32,000 nucleotides of DNA from Methanocaldococcus jannaschii DSM 2661. Lineage in GTDB: Archaea; AGJL01; Methanococci; Methanococcales; Methanocaldococcaceae. Shown here one piece after another: positions 12,141 through 23,128 of the stretch; position 1 is the first letter of the stretch; every line of letters begins with the position of its first letter. The stretch covers positions 1,309,460-1,341,459 of the forward strand of contig NC_000909.1 of NCBI RefSeq assembly GCF_000091665.1. The letters run 5' to 3'. The notes below the pieces were generated by a model, which did not search any database, was not told the DNA's origin, and saw only the letters and a list, made by a program, of their open reading frames with translations. The translations under genes were made by a program, and so were the position numbers.

Positions 12141-12625
12141 AAAAGAAAATAATTATATTGTTTCTATTTACTGCTATTCTTTGTTCTATAACTTTATGTG
12201 GTTGTATCTCTTTTGAAAAAACCCAAATAGGCAATTATAATATAAAAAATAATTCATGTATAAACTCAAATGTTTCCAAAAATCAAACTATCCAAAATGT
12301 CAGTGATAAAATTGTAAATAATAATACCAATATTTTAAACACTTTAAATTATGAAATAATTGCCTATGGAGCTTTTGGAGAGAAAAATAGGGGATATTAT
12401 TATTACTACAAAGATAACAAAACTATAATAGTCATAAACTTGGAAGAGATGCCAACCGCTGGATATAAAATAAAGATAATAAATATAACAGAAACTGCCA
12501 ATAAAATTACTGTCTATTATAAAGTTATTCCTCCAAAAGAATTTGCAGCAATGGTTGTAACTTATCCATATATAAAACTATCTGTAAATGGAACATACAA
12601 TGTAGAGTGTAAGGAAGTAAGATAA
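12137..12625 (+). CDS. putative lipoprotein with PrcB C-terminal-like domain
   Basis: Signal peptide with lipobox-like LCGC, Asn-rich linker, then MPTAGYKIKIINITETANKITVYYKVIPP, resembling PrcB_C domains. Overlaps the uppS stop by 4 nt. Confidence 0.8.
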   Translation: MKKKIIILFLFTAILCSITLCGCISFEKTQIGNYNIKNNSCINSNVSKNQTIQNVSDKIVNNNTNILNTLNYEIIAYGAFGEKNRGYYYYYKDNKTIIVINLEEMPTAGYKIKIINITETANKITVYYKVIPPKEFAAMVVTYPYIKLSVNGTYNVECKEVR

Positions 12626-12692
12626 AAAGATTTAATAATTTTGGCTTAATATATAATTTACAGTTCAAACACAAAAAAGGAGATGTGGTATT

Positions 12693-13493
12693 TTGAGGGT
12701 GGAAATTATTTTTTTGGGATGTGGTGGTGGAAGATGGGCAACAATAACACAAAAAAAGGCAACAGGAGGGTTTAGAATCCATACAAATGAGCTTAGAATG
12801 CATGTAGATCCTGGCCCGGGAGCGATAGTGAGATTAAACGAGCTAAAAATATCTCCATGGAGAACTAATGCCCTGTTTATATCTCACTGCCATCCAGACC
12901 ACTACACTGATGGAGAAATTATTGTTGAAGCTATAACTCAAGGAATGACAAAAAAGCGAGGAGTTTTTTTAGGTAGCTTATCAGTTGTTGAAGGTTTTGG
13001 AGAATATGAGTATGTTGTATCAAAATACCATCAATCAAAGCTTGAAGAGGTTAGAGTTTTATACCCTGGAGACTCTGCAGAGTTGTATGATACAACAATA
13101 AAGGCAACACATACAAAACATGGAGACCCGTTTGGTATTGGATTTAGACTATCAACAATTTATGGAGATATTGGTTACACTTCAGATACTGAATTTATCC
13201 CTCAGCTAATTGAAGACTTTGATGGAGTTAGAATTTTAATAGCGAATATTGTTAGAAAGAAAAATGAGCGAATTAAAGGGCATCTCTGCTCTAACGATGC
13301 CATTGATTTAATAAACTCAATGAACAAAAAGCCAGAGTTGTTGATAATGAATCACATGGGAGTTAAGATGACAAATCCTCAAATAGAGGCAGAATATATT
13401 TCCCAAAATACTGGAATAGAGGTTATTCCAGCAAGATTAGGACTGAAAGTTGAGCTTTTAAATGGAAAGTATAAGTATCAGCTAATTAAATAA
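12693..13493 (+). CDS. MBL-fold metallo-hydrolase
   Basis: MRVEIIFLGCGGGRWATI...LFISHCHPDHYTDGEIIVEA...YTSDTEFIPQL. Metallo-beta-lactamase motif HCHPDH. Apparent TTG start at 12693. Confidence 0.9.
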   Translation: MRVEIIFLGCGGGRWATITQKKATGGFRIHTNELRMHVDPGPGAIVRLNELKISPWRTNALFISHCHPDHYTDGEIIVEAITQGMTKKRGVFLGSLSVVEGFGEYEYVVSKYHQSKLEEVRVLYPGDSAELYDTTIKATHTKHGDPFGIGFRLSTIYGDIGYTSDTEFIPQLIEDFDGVRILIANIVRKKNERIKGHLCSNDAIDLINSMNKKPELLIMNHMGVKMTNPQIEAEYISQNTGIEVIPARLGLKVELLNGKYKYQLIK

Positions 13494-14733
13494 TATGCTT
13501 TTTTATTCTTAAAATAGCAAAAACACCAATTAAAAAGACAGATATTGATGTTATTAATGTAGCTAAGCTTCCTCCAACAATTCCATAAGCATTTACCAAA
13601 ATTAAATTTAAGATAATATTTAACACCAACCCAAACAATATTATATAGAAAGAAATTTTTGCATACCCTAAACCTTGAAGTGCAGAGGATATTAAAGTAT
13701 AATAGCTCATAAATAAAGAAGAGATTGCTAAAATTCTTAGGCATAAAATTCCTTCTGGATTAGCTGTTTTAAAAAATGCTATCAATGGGATTTCAGGGAA
13801 AAACAAACAACCAATAACAAAAATTGATGAGAAGATAGTGTTTTGGATAATTCCTTCTTTTAATAAGCTTAAATCTTTAGTTTTAGATATTCTTGGAAGT
13901 AAAGGGATGCTAACAGCTGAAGCAAACATAAATATTCCTCTTGATATTAGAGAGGAGTAACCATAAATCCCACTCCAAAATCCTCCCATAATGGACATTA
14001 TAACTATATTATCAATATCTCCAAACAATCTGTATGATGATGACGTTAAAGCAATAGGGATTGAATATCTCAAAATGTCTAAGTTAAAATTAGAGAATAT
14101 GTTTTTTGTTGTATTTTTTATGTCAATTAATTTTTTGAAATCAAATTTTCCTTTTAATGCCTTATAAATCAAATATAGCCCAAAAATCCCTCCTACTAAA
14201 TATGCCAAAGATATTGATAACAAAGAGCCAAAGATTCCCAAATATAGAGTTAGAATAAAAACCAATATGACTTTTGCAGTGTATTCAACAATCCACGTAA
14301 GGGAGAGATATTTCATCTTTAACAATCCTTGTAAAATACCTCTTGAAAATGCTATTACTGTTGAAGCTACAACACAAAGACCTACTGCAAAATACAAAAT
14401 ATTTGGCAGATTTAAATAATGCCCTCCTAAAATGTATTTTATATAAGGAGTTAAGATAAATCCAACAACTGAGAGCAAAATCATTAAATATAATATTGGA
14501 ATATATTTGTTAATATCTACCTCTTTTTCTTCAGCTAAGAATTTTGCTATGGCTGGAGGAATACCAGAAGAGAAAAATATTGTTAGAGTGTCAGCTATTG
14601 GCATTAATCCCTTTAAGATACCAAATGCTTCAGTTCCCAATAAAAATGCAGTTATAAAATAAAATAGATATGCCATTCCCTTTGAGTATAAATTTGACAT
14701 TAGGATGTAAATACTATCCTTACACAAACTCAT
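13486..14733 (-). CDS. polysaccharide biosynthesis / MATE-like flippase family membrane protein
   Basis: 415 aa, about 12-14 hydrophobic segments; SNLYSKGMAYLFYFITAFLLGTEAFGILK...PLLPRISK is Wzx/MurJ-like. Convergent overlap of 8 nt with the MBL gene. Confidence 0.85.
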   Translation of the reverse strand: MSLCKDSIYILMSNLYSKGMAYLFYFITAFLLGTEAFGILKGLMPIADTLTIFFSSGIPPAIAKFLAEEKEVDINKYIPILYLMILLSVVGFILTPYIKYILGGHYLNLPNILYFAVGLCVVASTVIAFSRGILQGLLKMKYLSLTWIVEYTAKVILVFILTLYLGIFGSLLSISLAYLVGGIFGLYLIYKALKGKFDFKKLIDIKNTTKNIFSNFNLDILRYSIPIALTSSSYRLFGDIDNIVIMSIMGGFWSGIYGYSSLISRGIFMFASAVSIPLLPRISKTKDLSLLKEGIIQNTIFSSIFVIGCLFFPEIPLIAFFKTANPEGILCLRILAISSLFMSYYTLISSALQGLGYAKISFYIILFGLVLNIILNLILVNAYGIVGGSLATLITSISVFLIGVFAILRIKKHII

Positions 14734-14819
14734 AAGAATCAGCTTTTCCTAAGTTTATTTTATTACCTATTATTTCTTTAAAAATTACATTTAATATTTT
14801 TAAAATTTGTGGTGAAACT

Positions 14820-15557
14820 ATGGGAAGAAAAGATAAAAGATGGGTTTTACAAAGAAAGAGAGATTTCTACTACAAATTAGCTAAAAAACTTAAATATCGT
14901 TCAAGAGCATCTTTTAAACTCATGCAGTTAAATGAAAAATTTAACGTTATTAAACCAGGAAAGATAGTTTTGGATTTGGGTTGTGCTCCAGGCGGATGGA
15001 TGCAAGTGGCAAGAGAGATTGTAGGAGATAAAGGCTTTGTTATTGGTATTGACTTACAACCAGTTAAGCCATTTGAATATGATAATGTAGTTGCAATAAA
15101 AGGAGATTTCACCTTAGAAGAAAATTTGAACAAAATTAGAGAGCTAATTCCAAATGATGAAAAAAAGGTGGATGTGGTTATAAGTGACGCCTCCCCTAAT
15201 ATAAGCGGTTATTGGGATATAGACCACGCTCGTTCAATAGATTTAGTAACTACTGCCTTACAAATAGCTACTGAGATGCTAAAAGAGAGAGGCAATTTTG
15301 TAGCTAAGGTATTTTATGGAGACATGATAGATGATTATGTAAATTTAGTTAAAAAATACTTTGAAAAGGTTTATATTACAAAACCTCAAGCTTCAAGAAA
15401 AGAAAGTGCTGAGGTTTATGTTATAGCTAAGAGATACACTGGAAAAAAATGGGAAGAAGAGGATAAGATAAAAAGGGTTAAAAAAGTTGAAAATGAAGAT
15501 AATGAACTTTTAGCTAAAAAAATTAAAGAGATTAGGAAATTAAAATCTAAAAAATAA
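14820..15557 (+). CDS. rlmE: FtsJ/RlmE-type rRNA 2'-O-methyltransferase
   Basis: [38 protein letters not shown]...[18 protein letters not shown]...LVTTALQIA. Confidence 0.93.
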   Translation: MGRKDKRWVLQRKRDFYYKLAKKLKYRSRASFKLMQLNEKFNVIKPGKIVLDLGCAPGGWMQVAREIVGDKGFVIGIDLQPVKPFEYDNVVAIKGDFTLEENLNKIRELIPNDEKKVDVVISDASPNISGYWDIDHARSIDLVTTALQIATEMLKERGNFVAKVFYGDMIDDYVNLVKKYFEKVYITKPQASRKESAEVYVIAKRYTGKKWEEEDKIKRVKKVENEDNELLAKKIKEIRKLKSKK

Positions 15558-15568
15558 AAAAATTATTT

Positions 15569-17230
15569 TTATCTATGTGCATAGCAACATACGAATCCAT
15601 CATTATCTTTTTTATCTATTCTAACAAATCCAAACCTCTCAAATTGGATAATATCATCAACCTCTACTTTAGCAAAATCTTTTTCAGCAAAGCCTTCCTT
15701 TATCTCTCCATCAGGCATTAAAACTTTAACCTTTACACTATCCTTTACAGGAATCCAGTGTATAATCTTAGCTTTGTTCTTCCTTGCTATTTTAAAGTCA
15801 TCTGAGTGATATTTAGCTAATGCTATATCATCAACTTTTTCAACAACTATGTTAAATAACTCCATCAATCTATACATCTTATTCTCTTCCAACTCATCTC
15901 CAACAACATAAACCTCTCCATCAAATATTAACTCCCTCTCTCCAAATTCTGGTCTATCTGGATGCATTCTAAGTTTTAAGACCTTTTTCTCTGCCCCTTC
16001 GATAATAAGTTTCTTTGGATTCCAGACAAAGAAGAATCTCCTTGCATCTTTATCAATAAGCTCCTTATTTATTGCATATAAATTCTCCCAAGAAAACTTA
16101 ACATCTGCCTGTTTAATTCCAATTCTTTTCATTATCTCATATATTGCCTCTGGTTTAATCCCTCTTCTTCTTAAAGCTCTTAAAGTTCCTAATCTAACGT
16201 CATCCCATCCACTATAGAGACCTTCTTTAATTCCTTTATACATTGATGAAGTGCTTAAAACAATGTCCTCTATCTTCAAAATCCCATAGTGGATGAATTC
16301 TGGCATTTCCCAACCAAAGTATTTGTAAATATAAGCTTGCTTCTCAGTATTTACAATGTGGTCTTTTCCTCTCAAAACATGAGTCATTCCTAAAAGATGA
16401 TCATCAACTGGAACAGAGAAGTTCATTAAAGGATATACACAGTATTTATCTCCAGTTCTTGGATGTGGAGTTTTTTCAACTCTGAATATTGGAAAGTCCC
16501 TAATTGATGGGTTTTTGTGTTTTATGTCTGTTTTTAATCTAACAGCTACATTTTCAAGTTCTCCATTCAGCATCTTTTCCCAAAGCTCTAAGTTATCCTC
16601 AATGGCTCTATCTCTACACTTACATGGAACTCCTTTATTTCTCAATTCCCTAAATTCTTCTGGATTGCAGTCACAAACATAAGCATGTCCCATTTCAATC
16701 AATTTTCTACCATATTCATAATAAAGCTCTATTCTATCTGATTGTATAACCACTTCATCAACTTTAACCCCCAGCCAATCCAAATCTTCTTTAATCATGT
16801 CATAAGCTTCTGGCAGAACTCTCTTTGGGTCTGTATCCTCTAATCTTAAAATTAACTTTCCACCATATTTTTTAACAAAGTAGTCATTTAAAACTGCTGC
16901 TCTTGCATGCCCTATATGTAAAGGCCCTGATGGATTAGGAGCGAATCTCATAACTACCTTATCTTTAACGTTTGGTAATTCTAAACCTTTCTCCTTTTTT
17001 TCTTTCTTTTTAACATCTTCTCCTAATTCTTCCAACTTTTTCTTAATTTCATCCAATGATAGTTTATTAACTTCTTCAACAACTTTCTCAACAATTGGCA
17101 TTACCTCCTTTGCTTTACTCCTATATTCTGGATTTTCTGACAAAAATATCCCTAAAACTGCCTTTGGATTAGCTTTTCCATTGTATTTTATGGCATTTCT
17201 TAATGCAATTGGCAATATCTTCTCTTCCAC
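15569..17230 (-). CDS. gltX: glutamyl-tRNA synthetase (archaeal/eukaryal type)
   Basis: 553 aa: [65 protein letters not shown]. Confidence 0.95.
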   Translation of the reverse strand: MEEKILPIALRNAIKYNGKANPKAVLGIFLSENPEYRSKAKEVMPIVEKVVEEVNKLSLDEIKKKLEELGEDVKKKEKKEKGLELPNVKDKVVMRFAPNPSGPLHIGHARAAVLNDYFVKKYGGKLILRLEDTDPKRVLPEAYDMIKEDLDWLGVKVDEVVIQSDRIELYYEYGRKLIEMGHAYVCDCNPEEFRELRNKGVPCKCRDRAIEDNLELWEKMLNGELENVAVRLKTDIKHKNPSIRDFPIFRVEKTPHPRTGDKYCVYPLMNFSVPVDDHLLGMTHVLRGKDHIVNTEKQAYIYKYFGWEMPEFIHYGILKIEDIVLSTSSMYKGIKEGLYSGWDDVRLGTLRALRRRGIKPEAIYEIMKRIGIKQADVKFSWENLYAINKELIDKDARRFFFVWNPKKLIIEGAEKKVLKLRMHPDRPEFGERELIFDGEVYVVGDELEENKMYRLMELFNIVVEKVDDIALAKYHSDDFKIARKNKAKIIHWIPVKDSVKVKVLMPDGEIKEGFAEKDFAKVEVDDIIQFERFGFVRIDKKDNDGFVCCYAHR

Positions 17231-17414
17231 ATTATCACCATTTACCTACCATTAACTTTAAAAACCTTAACTGATTATTAGGAAAAGGATACTTAAAGTT
17301 AAGTAACATAAATATAGTTATGCAATTTTAAAAGCTCATCCTCAATATTAAGATAATCTGAATAATAATAGTTAAATATATAAATATTGTAAAATATTAT
17401 TGTGGTGGATATTG

Positions 17415-18863
17415 ATGGAGAGTATTAAAAAAGTAATGGTTTTTGGTTCTGGACCGATAGTTATTGGACAAGCTGCAGAGTTCGATTTTTCAGGTTCTCA
17501 AGCATGTAAAGCTTTGAAGGAAGAGGGAATTTATACTATTTTAGTGAATTCAAATCCTGCAACTATTCAAACAGATACAGACATGGCAGATAAGGTTTAT
17601 TTAGAGCCATTACATCCAACAATCGTTGAGAAGATTATTGAGAAAGAGAGGCCAGATGCTATTTTACCAACAATGGGAGGACAAACAGGTCTTAACTTAG
17701 CTTTAGAATTACATAGAAGAGGGATTTTAGATAAATATGGAATTAAGCTTCTCGGCTCTAATATTAGAACTATTGAAATAGCTGAGGATAGAGAACTTTT
17801 TGCCGAGGCAATGGCTGAAATTAATGAGCCAGTTACAAAGTGTAAGGCCGTTAATTCTGTTGATGAAGCAGTTGAGTTTGCTGAGGAAATTGGCTATCCA
17901 GTCATTGTAAGACCTGCATTTACCTTAGGAGGAACTGGAGGAGGAATTGCCCATAACAAAGAGGAGTTAATAGATATTACCTCAAAAGGATTAAAATATT
18001 CTATAATCAACCAAGTTTTGATTGATGAGAGTGTTTTAGGATGGAAGGAATTTGAGCTTGAGGTTATGAGAGATAGAAAAGACACTTGCATCATTGTCTG
18101 TGGTATGGAGAACATAGACCCAATGGGAATACACACTGGAGAGAGTATTGTTGTCTCACCTATCCAAACTCTACCAGATGAGTTTTATCAAAAGCTAAGA
18201 AACGCTGCTATAAAGATTATAAGACATTTGGGAATTGAGGGAGGTTGTAATATACAATTTGCTGTAAATAAGGAGATGACTGAATATAGAGTTATTGAAG
18301 TGAATCCAAGGGTCTCAAGAAGCTCTGCCCTGGCAAGTAAAGCTACAGGTTATCCAATAGCAAGGATTGCCGCTAAAATAGCCATCGGTAAAACATTAGA
18401 TGAGATATTAAATGATGTTACAAAGGAAACACCAGCAAGCTTTGAGCCAACTTTAGATTATGTTGTTGTAAAAATCCCAAGATGGCCATTTGATAAGTTT
18501 AAAACAGTAGATAAAAAATTAGGAACAAGTATGAAGTCCACTGGAGAGGTTATGGCTATAGGTAGAAGCTTTGAAGAAGCTTTGCAAAAGGCAATTAGAA
18601 GTTTAGACATTGGAAGATTCGGCATAATTGGAGATGGAAAGGATAAAGACTATACGGATGAAGAGATAGAAGAAATATTAAAGAATCCAACTGATGAAAG
18701 AATTTTTGTTATTGCTAAGGCGTTAGAGAAGGGTTGGAGTGTTGAGAAAATAGTTGAGCTAACGGATATTGATGAATTTTTCATTAAGAAGATTAAGAAT
18801 ATTGTAGATATGAAGAAGGAATTGGAGAAATTAAAAGAAGAAATTAAGAAATTGAATGCTTAA
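17415..18863 (+). CDS. carB: carbamoyl-phosphate synthase large chain, N-terminal half
   Basis: [38 protein letters not shown]...[13 protein letters not shown]...[20 protein letters not shown]. The ATG at 17415 fits better than the track start at 17400. Confidence 0.94.
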   Translation: MESIKKVMVFGSGPIVIGQAAEFDFSGSQACKALKEEGIYTILVNSNPATIQTDTDMADKVYLEPLHPTIVEKIIEKERPDAILPTMGGQTGLNLALELHRRGILDKYGIKLLGSNIRTIEIAEDRELFAEAMAEINEPVTKCKAVNSVDEAVEFAEEIGYPVIVRPAFTLGGTGGGIAHNKEELIDITSKGLKYSIINQVLIDESVLGWKEFELEVMRDRKDTCIIVCGMENIDPMGIHTGESIVVSPIQTLPDEFYQKLRNAAIKIIRHLGIEGGCNIQFAVNKEMTEYRVIEVNPRVSRSSALASKATGYPIARIAAKIAIGKTLDEILNDVTKETPASFEPTLDYVVVKIPRWPFDKFKTVDKKLGTSMKSTGEVMAIGRSFEEALQKAIRSLDIGRFGIIGDGKDKDYTDEEIEEILKNPTDERIFVIAKALEKGWSVEKIVELTDIDEFFIKKIKNIVDMKKELEKLKEEIKKLNA

Positions 18864-18872
18864 TGGGAAATT

Positions 18873-19034
18873 ATGAAAAAAGAAACCAAAATAAATATAT
18901 TAATTTTGATGAATCTTATATTTGTAGCATTAACATTATTGGCTTTAATAACTGGAAGAATATTGGTAACTTTAGTTGGAATTATATGTGTAATTAATGG
19001 ATTATTGGCATTAAAGAGGGTTAAAGAAGAATAA
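18873..19034 (+). CDS. small two-TM membrane protein (not in ORF track)
   Basis: Hand translation: MKKETKINILILMNLIFVALTLLALITGRILVTLVGIICVINGLLALKRVKEE*. 53 aa, two hydrophobic segments, 9 nt after the carB1 stop. Coding status not independently supported. Confidence 0.5.
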   Translation: MKKETKINILILMNLIFVALTLLALITGRILVTLVGIICVINGLLALKRVKEE

Positions 19035-19059
19035 GAAATATAGTATATAGTGTGAAACC

Positions 19060-19362
19060 ATGAAAACACTCTCCGAAATAAAAGAAATCCTAAGAAAGCA
19101 TAAAAAAATCCTTAAAGATAAATATAAGGTTAAATCTATTGCCTTATTTGGTAGTTATGCAAGAGGGGAGCAGACAGAAGAAAGTGATATAGACATTATG
19201 GTTGAATTTGATGAAAACAACTATCCTTCATTTTCAGAGTATTTGGAGCTAATTGAATATTTAGAAAAGATTTTGGGATTAAAAGTTGATTTAATTACAA
19301 AAAAATCAATCCACAATCCTTATGTAAAAAAATCTATTGAGGAGGATTTAATTTATGTCTAA
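19060..19362 (+). CDS. mntA: MNT-domain minimal nucleotidyltransferase (MntA-like antitoxin)
   Basis: 100 aa: KSIALFGSYARGEQTEESDIDIMVEF (GSxARG...DxD motif). Overlaps the downstream HepT-like gene by 8 nt. Confidence 0.88.
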   Translation: MKTLSEIKEILRKHKKILKDKYKVKSIALFGSYARGEQTEESDIDIMVEFDENNYPSFSEYLELIEYLEKILGLKVDLITKKSIHNPYVKKSIEEDLIYV

Positions 19363-19707
19363 GAGGGATGTTAAAGCATTCCTATATGATATTTTAGAAA
19401 GTGCTAATGATGTTATTGAATTTACTAAAGATATTGACTATAATGAGTTTATAAATAATAAAATGATACGATATGCGGTTATTAGAGCCTTAGAAATTAT
19501 TGGAGAAGCGTCAAGATACATAAATAATGATTTTAGGGAAAAGTTTCCCAACGTCCCATGGAAAGAGATGGTAGGATTAAGAAATATTTAATTCATAAAT
19601 ATTTTGGGATTGATTATATCCTTCTTTGGAAGATAGTTAAAGAAGACGTTCCTAAAATAAAGAAAGAAGTTGAGATAGTTTTAAAAGATATTGAAAATAA
19701 AAAATAG
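19355..19707 (+). pseudogene. hepT: HEPN-domain HepT-like RNase toxin gene, interrupted by a 1-nt frameshift
   Basis: Frame 1 ends ...FPNVPWKEMVGLRNI*. The -1 shifted frame from 19588 continues LIHKYFGIDYILLWKIVKEDVPKIKKEVEIVLKDIENKK* to 19707. Inserting one T (ATTTA to ATTTTA near 19587-19589) restores RN-ILIH-KYF, the HepT RNxxxHxY motif. Confidence 0.85.
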
Positions 19708-19715
19708 GTGATTAT

Positions 19716-21572
19716 ATGGATATGGAAAAATTAAAGGAAATATTATTGAAAGCAAAAAAATTGGGATTCTCTGATAAACAGATAGCTAATTTATTAGGAA
19801 TGGATGAGATAGAAGTTAGGGACTTGAGAAAGAAGCTCAATATCATTCCTTTATACAAAATGGTAGATACCTGTGCTGCTGAGTTTGAGGCAAAAACCCC
19901 ATACTATTACTCTGCCTATGAGACATTTGTTTATAAGGAGCAAGATGAAAGCAATCCATCAGATAGAAAAAAAGTTATAATCATCGGTTCTGGGCCGATA
20001 AGGATTGGTCAGGGGATAGAATTTGATTATTCAAGTGTTCATGCAGTTTTAGCTTTAAAGGAAATGGGAATTGAAGCTATAATCATAAATAACAACCCAG
20101 AGACAGTTTCAACCGACTATGATACATCAGACAAGCTTTATTTTGAACCAATAACCTTTGAAGAGGTATTAAATATTGCTGAAAGAGAAAAGGAGAAAGG
20201 AGAGCTTTTGGGAGTTATAGTTCAATTTGGTGGGCAAACAGCAATAAACTTAGCCATGAAATTAAAAAATGCGGGAGTTAATATCTTAGGAACCACTCCA
20301 GAGAATATAAATGCTGCTGAGGATAGAGAAGAGTTTTCAAAACTTTTAAAGAAGTTAAATATTCCTCAAGCTGAAGGAGGAACAGCATATACAAAAGAAG
20401 AGGCATTGGAGATAGCTAAAAGAATTGGTTATCCTGTTTTAGTTAGGCCTTCCTATGTTTTAGGAGGAAGGGCAATGCAAATTGTTTATAGCGAGGATGA
20501 GTTAATTGAGTATATGGAAGAGGCAGTTAAAGTTTCAGAGGAGCATCCAGTGTTGATTGATAAATTTTTAGAAGATGCTATTGAGTTGGATGTTGATGCT
20601 GTTTGTGATGGAGAGAGTGTTTTAATTGGGGCAATAATGGAGCATATTGAAGAGGCTGGAGTGCATAGTGGAGATTCAGCAACAGTTATTCCTCCTCAAA
20701 CTTTACCAAAGGAGATAATTGATACTGTTATAGATTACACTGCCAAATTAGCAAGGGCTTTAAACATAGTGGGGCTTTTAAACGTGCAGTATGCAGTTAA
20801 AGATGGAGTTGTTTATGTTTTGGAAGCAAACCCAAGGGCTTCAAGAACTGTTCCTTATGTGAGTAAATCAGTTGGAATTCCATTGGCTAAGTTAGCCACA
20901 AAGATTATGCTCGGCAAAAAGTTGGAGGAGTTAATTAAAGATTATGATGTTGAAAAAGTTGCTGAGAAGGTTTGGATTGCAAAGCCGAAGTATGTATCAA
21001 TTAAAGAGGCAGTATTCCCATTCCAAAAATTGCCTGGAGTAGACCCTGTTTTAGGGCCTGAGATGAAATCTACTGGAGAGGCTATTGGAATAGATAAAGA
21101 CTTTGGTAGGGCATACTATAAAGCTCAGTTATCTGCAAATATGGAATTGCCAATCGTTGGAAATGTCTTTATAAGTGTTAGAGATAGGGATAAGAAGCAT
21201 ATCGTAGATGTTGCTAAAAAGTTGCATGAGCTTGGCTTTACAATATACGCAACAGAAGGAACTGCTAAAGTGTTGAGAGAAAATGGAATTCCAGCAATAC
21301 TTGTTAAGAAGATATCTGAAAGTCCAAATGATAACATCCTAAAGTTAATGAGAGATGGTAAGATGCACTTAATAATAAACACTTCCTCTGGAAAGAAGGC
21401 AAAGTCAGACGGGTATTATATAAGAAGGGCAGCAGTGGATTTGGGTATTCCTTATATAACTACAATCCCTGGAGCAAAAGCTGCTGTTAAGGCAATAGAA
21501 GCTGTAAAAACTGGAGAGTTAAGTGTTTATTCATTAGATGAGCTTGATGCAAGGATAAAAAATAGGTTTTAA
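19716..21572 (+). CDS. carB: carbamoyl-phosphate synthase large chain, C-terminal half
   Basis: 618 aa: [82 protein letters not shown]-terminal MGS-like domain. Confidence 0.94.
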
Positions 21573-22009
21573 GCTTTAGCTTCAATAATCAACTTATAAT
21601 CCTCTTCTGGAATTTCTCTCATTGCTTTTCCCATCAAATGCCCACTCCACTTCTTTTTGTTTGTTATGAATTTCAACTTTGGAATTAAATCCTTAAAGTT
21701 AATTGGTGGCACAAAAACTTTAACTTCTTTTAATTTAACCCTATATGGGAATTTCTCATTAGGGTTTCTTGGAGTTGGCTTAAAGATTTTTGAACTATCT
21801 TTATAAACCTCTGAAACAACTTCATAAACTCCTCTTATGTATGGTGGTTTATAATCTTTCCCACTTCTCTGAATCTCATAAATAATTAGTTTATCTCCAA
21901 CTTTAACTTTATTTATAGTGTTTTTATGCCTTTCAGCCACTCCCCAAATCTTCTTGTCTTTTATTACCTTCCAATTATCTTCATTTGTTATACAAAGCCA
22001 GTATGCCAT
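21569..22009 (-). CDS. EVE/PUA-like domain protein (UPF0310 family)
   Basis: [47 protein letters not shown]...[19 protein letters not shown], typical UPF0310/EVE pattern. Confidence 0.85.
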
Positions 22010-22129
22010 AATATCGCCGTTTAAAACTGTTTATTTTTTGTGAGTAAAATTAAATATACGGAGAGTCCTAACTATTATTTTTATTAATAAAATTTTTTAT
22101 TGATTTTTAAAATTAATTTTTGGTTTTTG

Positions 22130-22900
22130 TTATATGTCCAATCCAAACAAATTCACAGCATTTTTATGAGCAACCTTATAAATAACATCTTTTTCAATAC
22201 CATTAATCTTCATCTTCAAAACAGTTCTTGGAACAGCTAAAACATCTGATGCGTTTGAGGAGCAATCACTATTCAATAGAATCTTATCAGCAAAGTCCTT
22301 ATACTCTTTAACTATCTCAACAGCCTCTAATGGAGTTAATTTTCCTGGCTGAATTGTCAATCCAACATAAAACTCCTCATCTAAAACCCATTTTGTTGTC
22401 TCTTTATTGCAGTGTTCAATAACTATATCCCTATTTTTCAAATTCAGAGTGGAAATCTCATCCAATATGATTTTAGTTACCTCCTCCTTGTTTCTTCTTG
22501 GCGTATGCACAACTGCAGGCATATTTAACTCTTCAGCTAAAAGTAACTGCTTTATAAAAACCTCCTTCTCCTCCTTTGTAGCCTTCTCCAAACCAATCTC
22601 TCCAATACCCACAACCCTACTATTATAATTTATATAACTCTTTATTTTATCTAAAGCCTCATCAATCTCTGGAGGAATAGCCCTTGGATGCATCCCTACA
22701 CAAATAAACAAATTCAATCCAACCTTTTTAGCCCTCTCTAACTCATTAATTAAAAGCTTTTCTACATGAGCTTCCCAAACTTTAATGTTCTTCATCTCAA
22801 ATGGGTCATGAGCTAATGTTATAACTCCATCTAAGCACATTGCCATTAACTCCAAATCCTCTAAACCTCTTGTATCTGAGTGTATGTGAGTGTCTATCAT
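22130..22900 (-). CDS. TatD-related metal-dependent hydrolase
   Basis: [68 protein letters not shown]. Likely RBS on the minus strand (aaagggtggggatATG). Confidence 0.88.
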
Positions 22901-23128
22901 ATCCCCACCCTTTATAGTGTCTTTTATGAGATAAATAATGTATTAATGAACGCTATCCTTTAGGAAAAAGCGTTCATAGGGCTTTTATAGAAATTAAATT
23001 TTTGATTTTTAATAAAGAATATTGATGACCTCATACATATAAACACGTTATTTAATACTTATGACCTGTGAAAATCCTGCCATTTTTCTCAATAACTTTT
23101 ATTATTTTTTGTTTTTTGAAAGACACTA

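Noticed and set aside
19060-19707. Abi/novel defence island built around MntA-HepT
   Set aside because: The flanks are carbamoyl-phosphate synthase halves. Apart from the adjacent EVE gene, no restriction, transposase or other defence genes are present. The HepT frame is broken.
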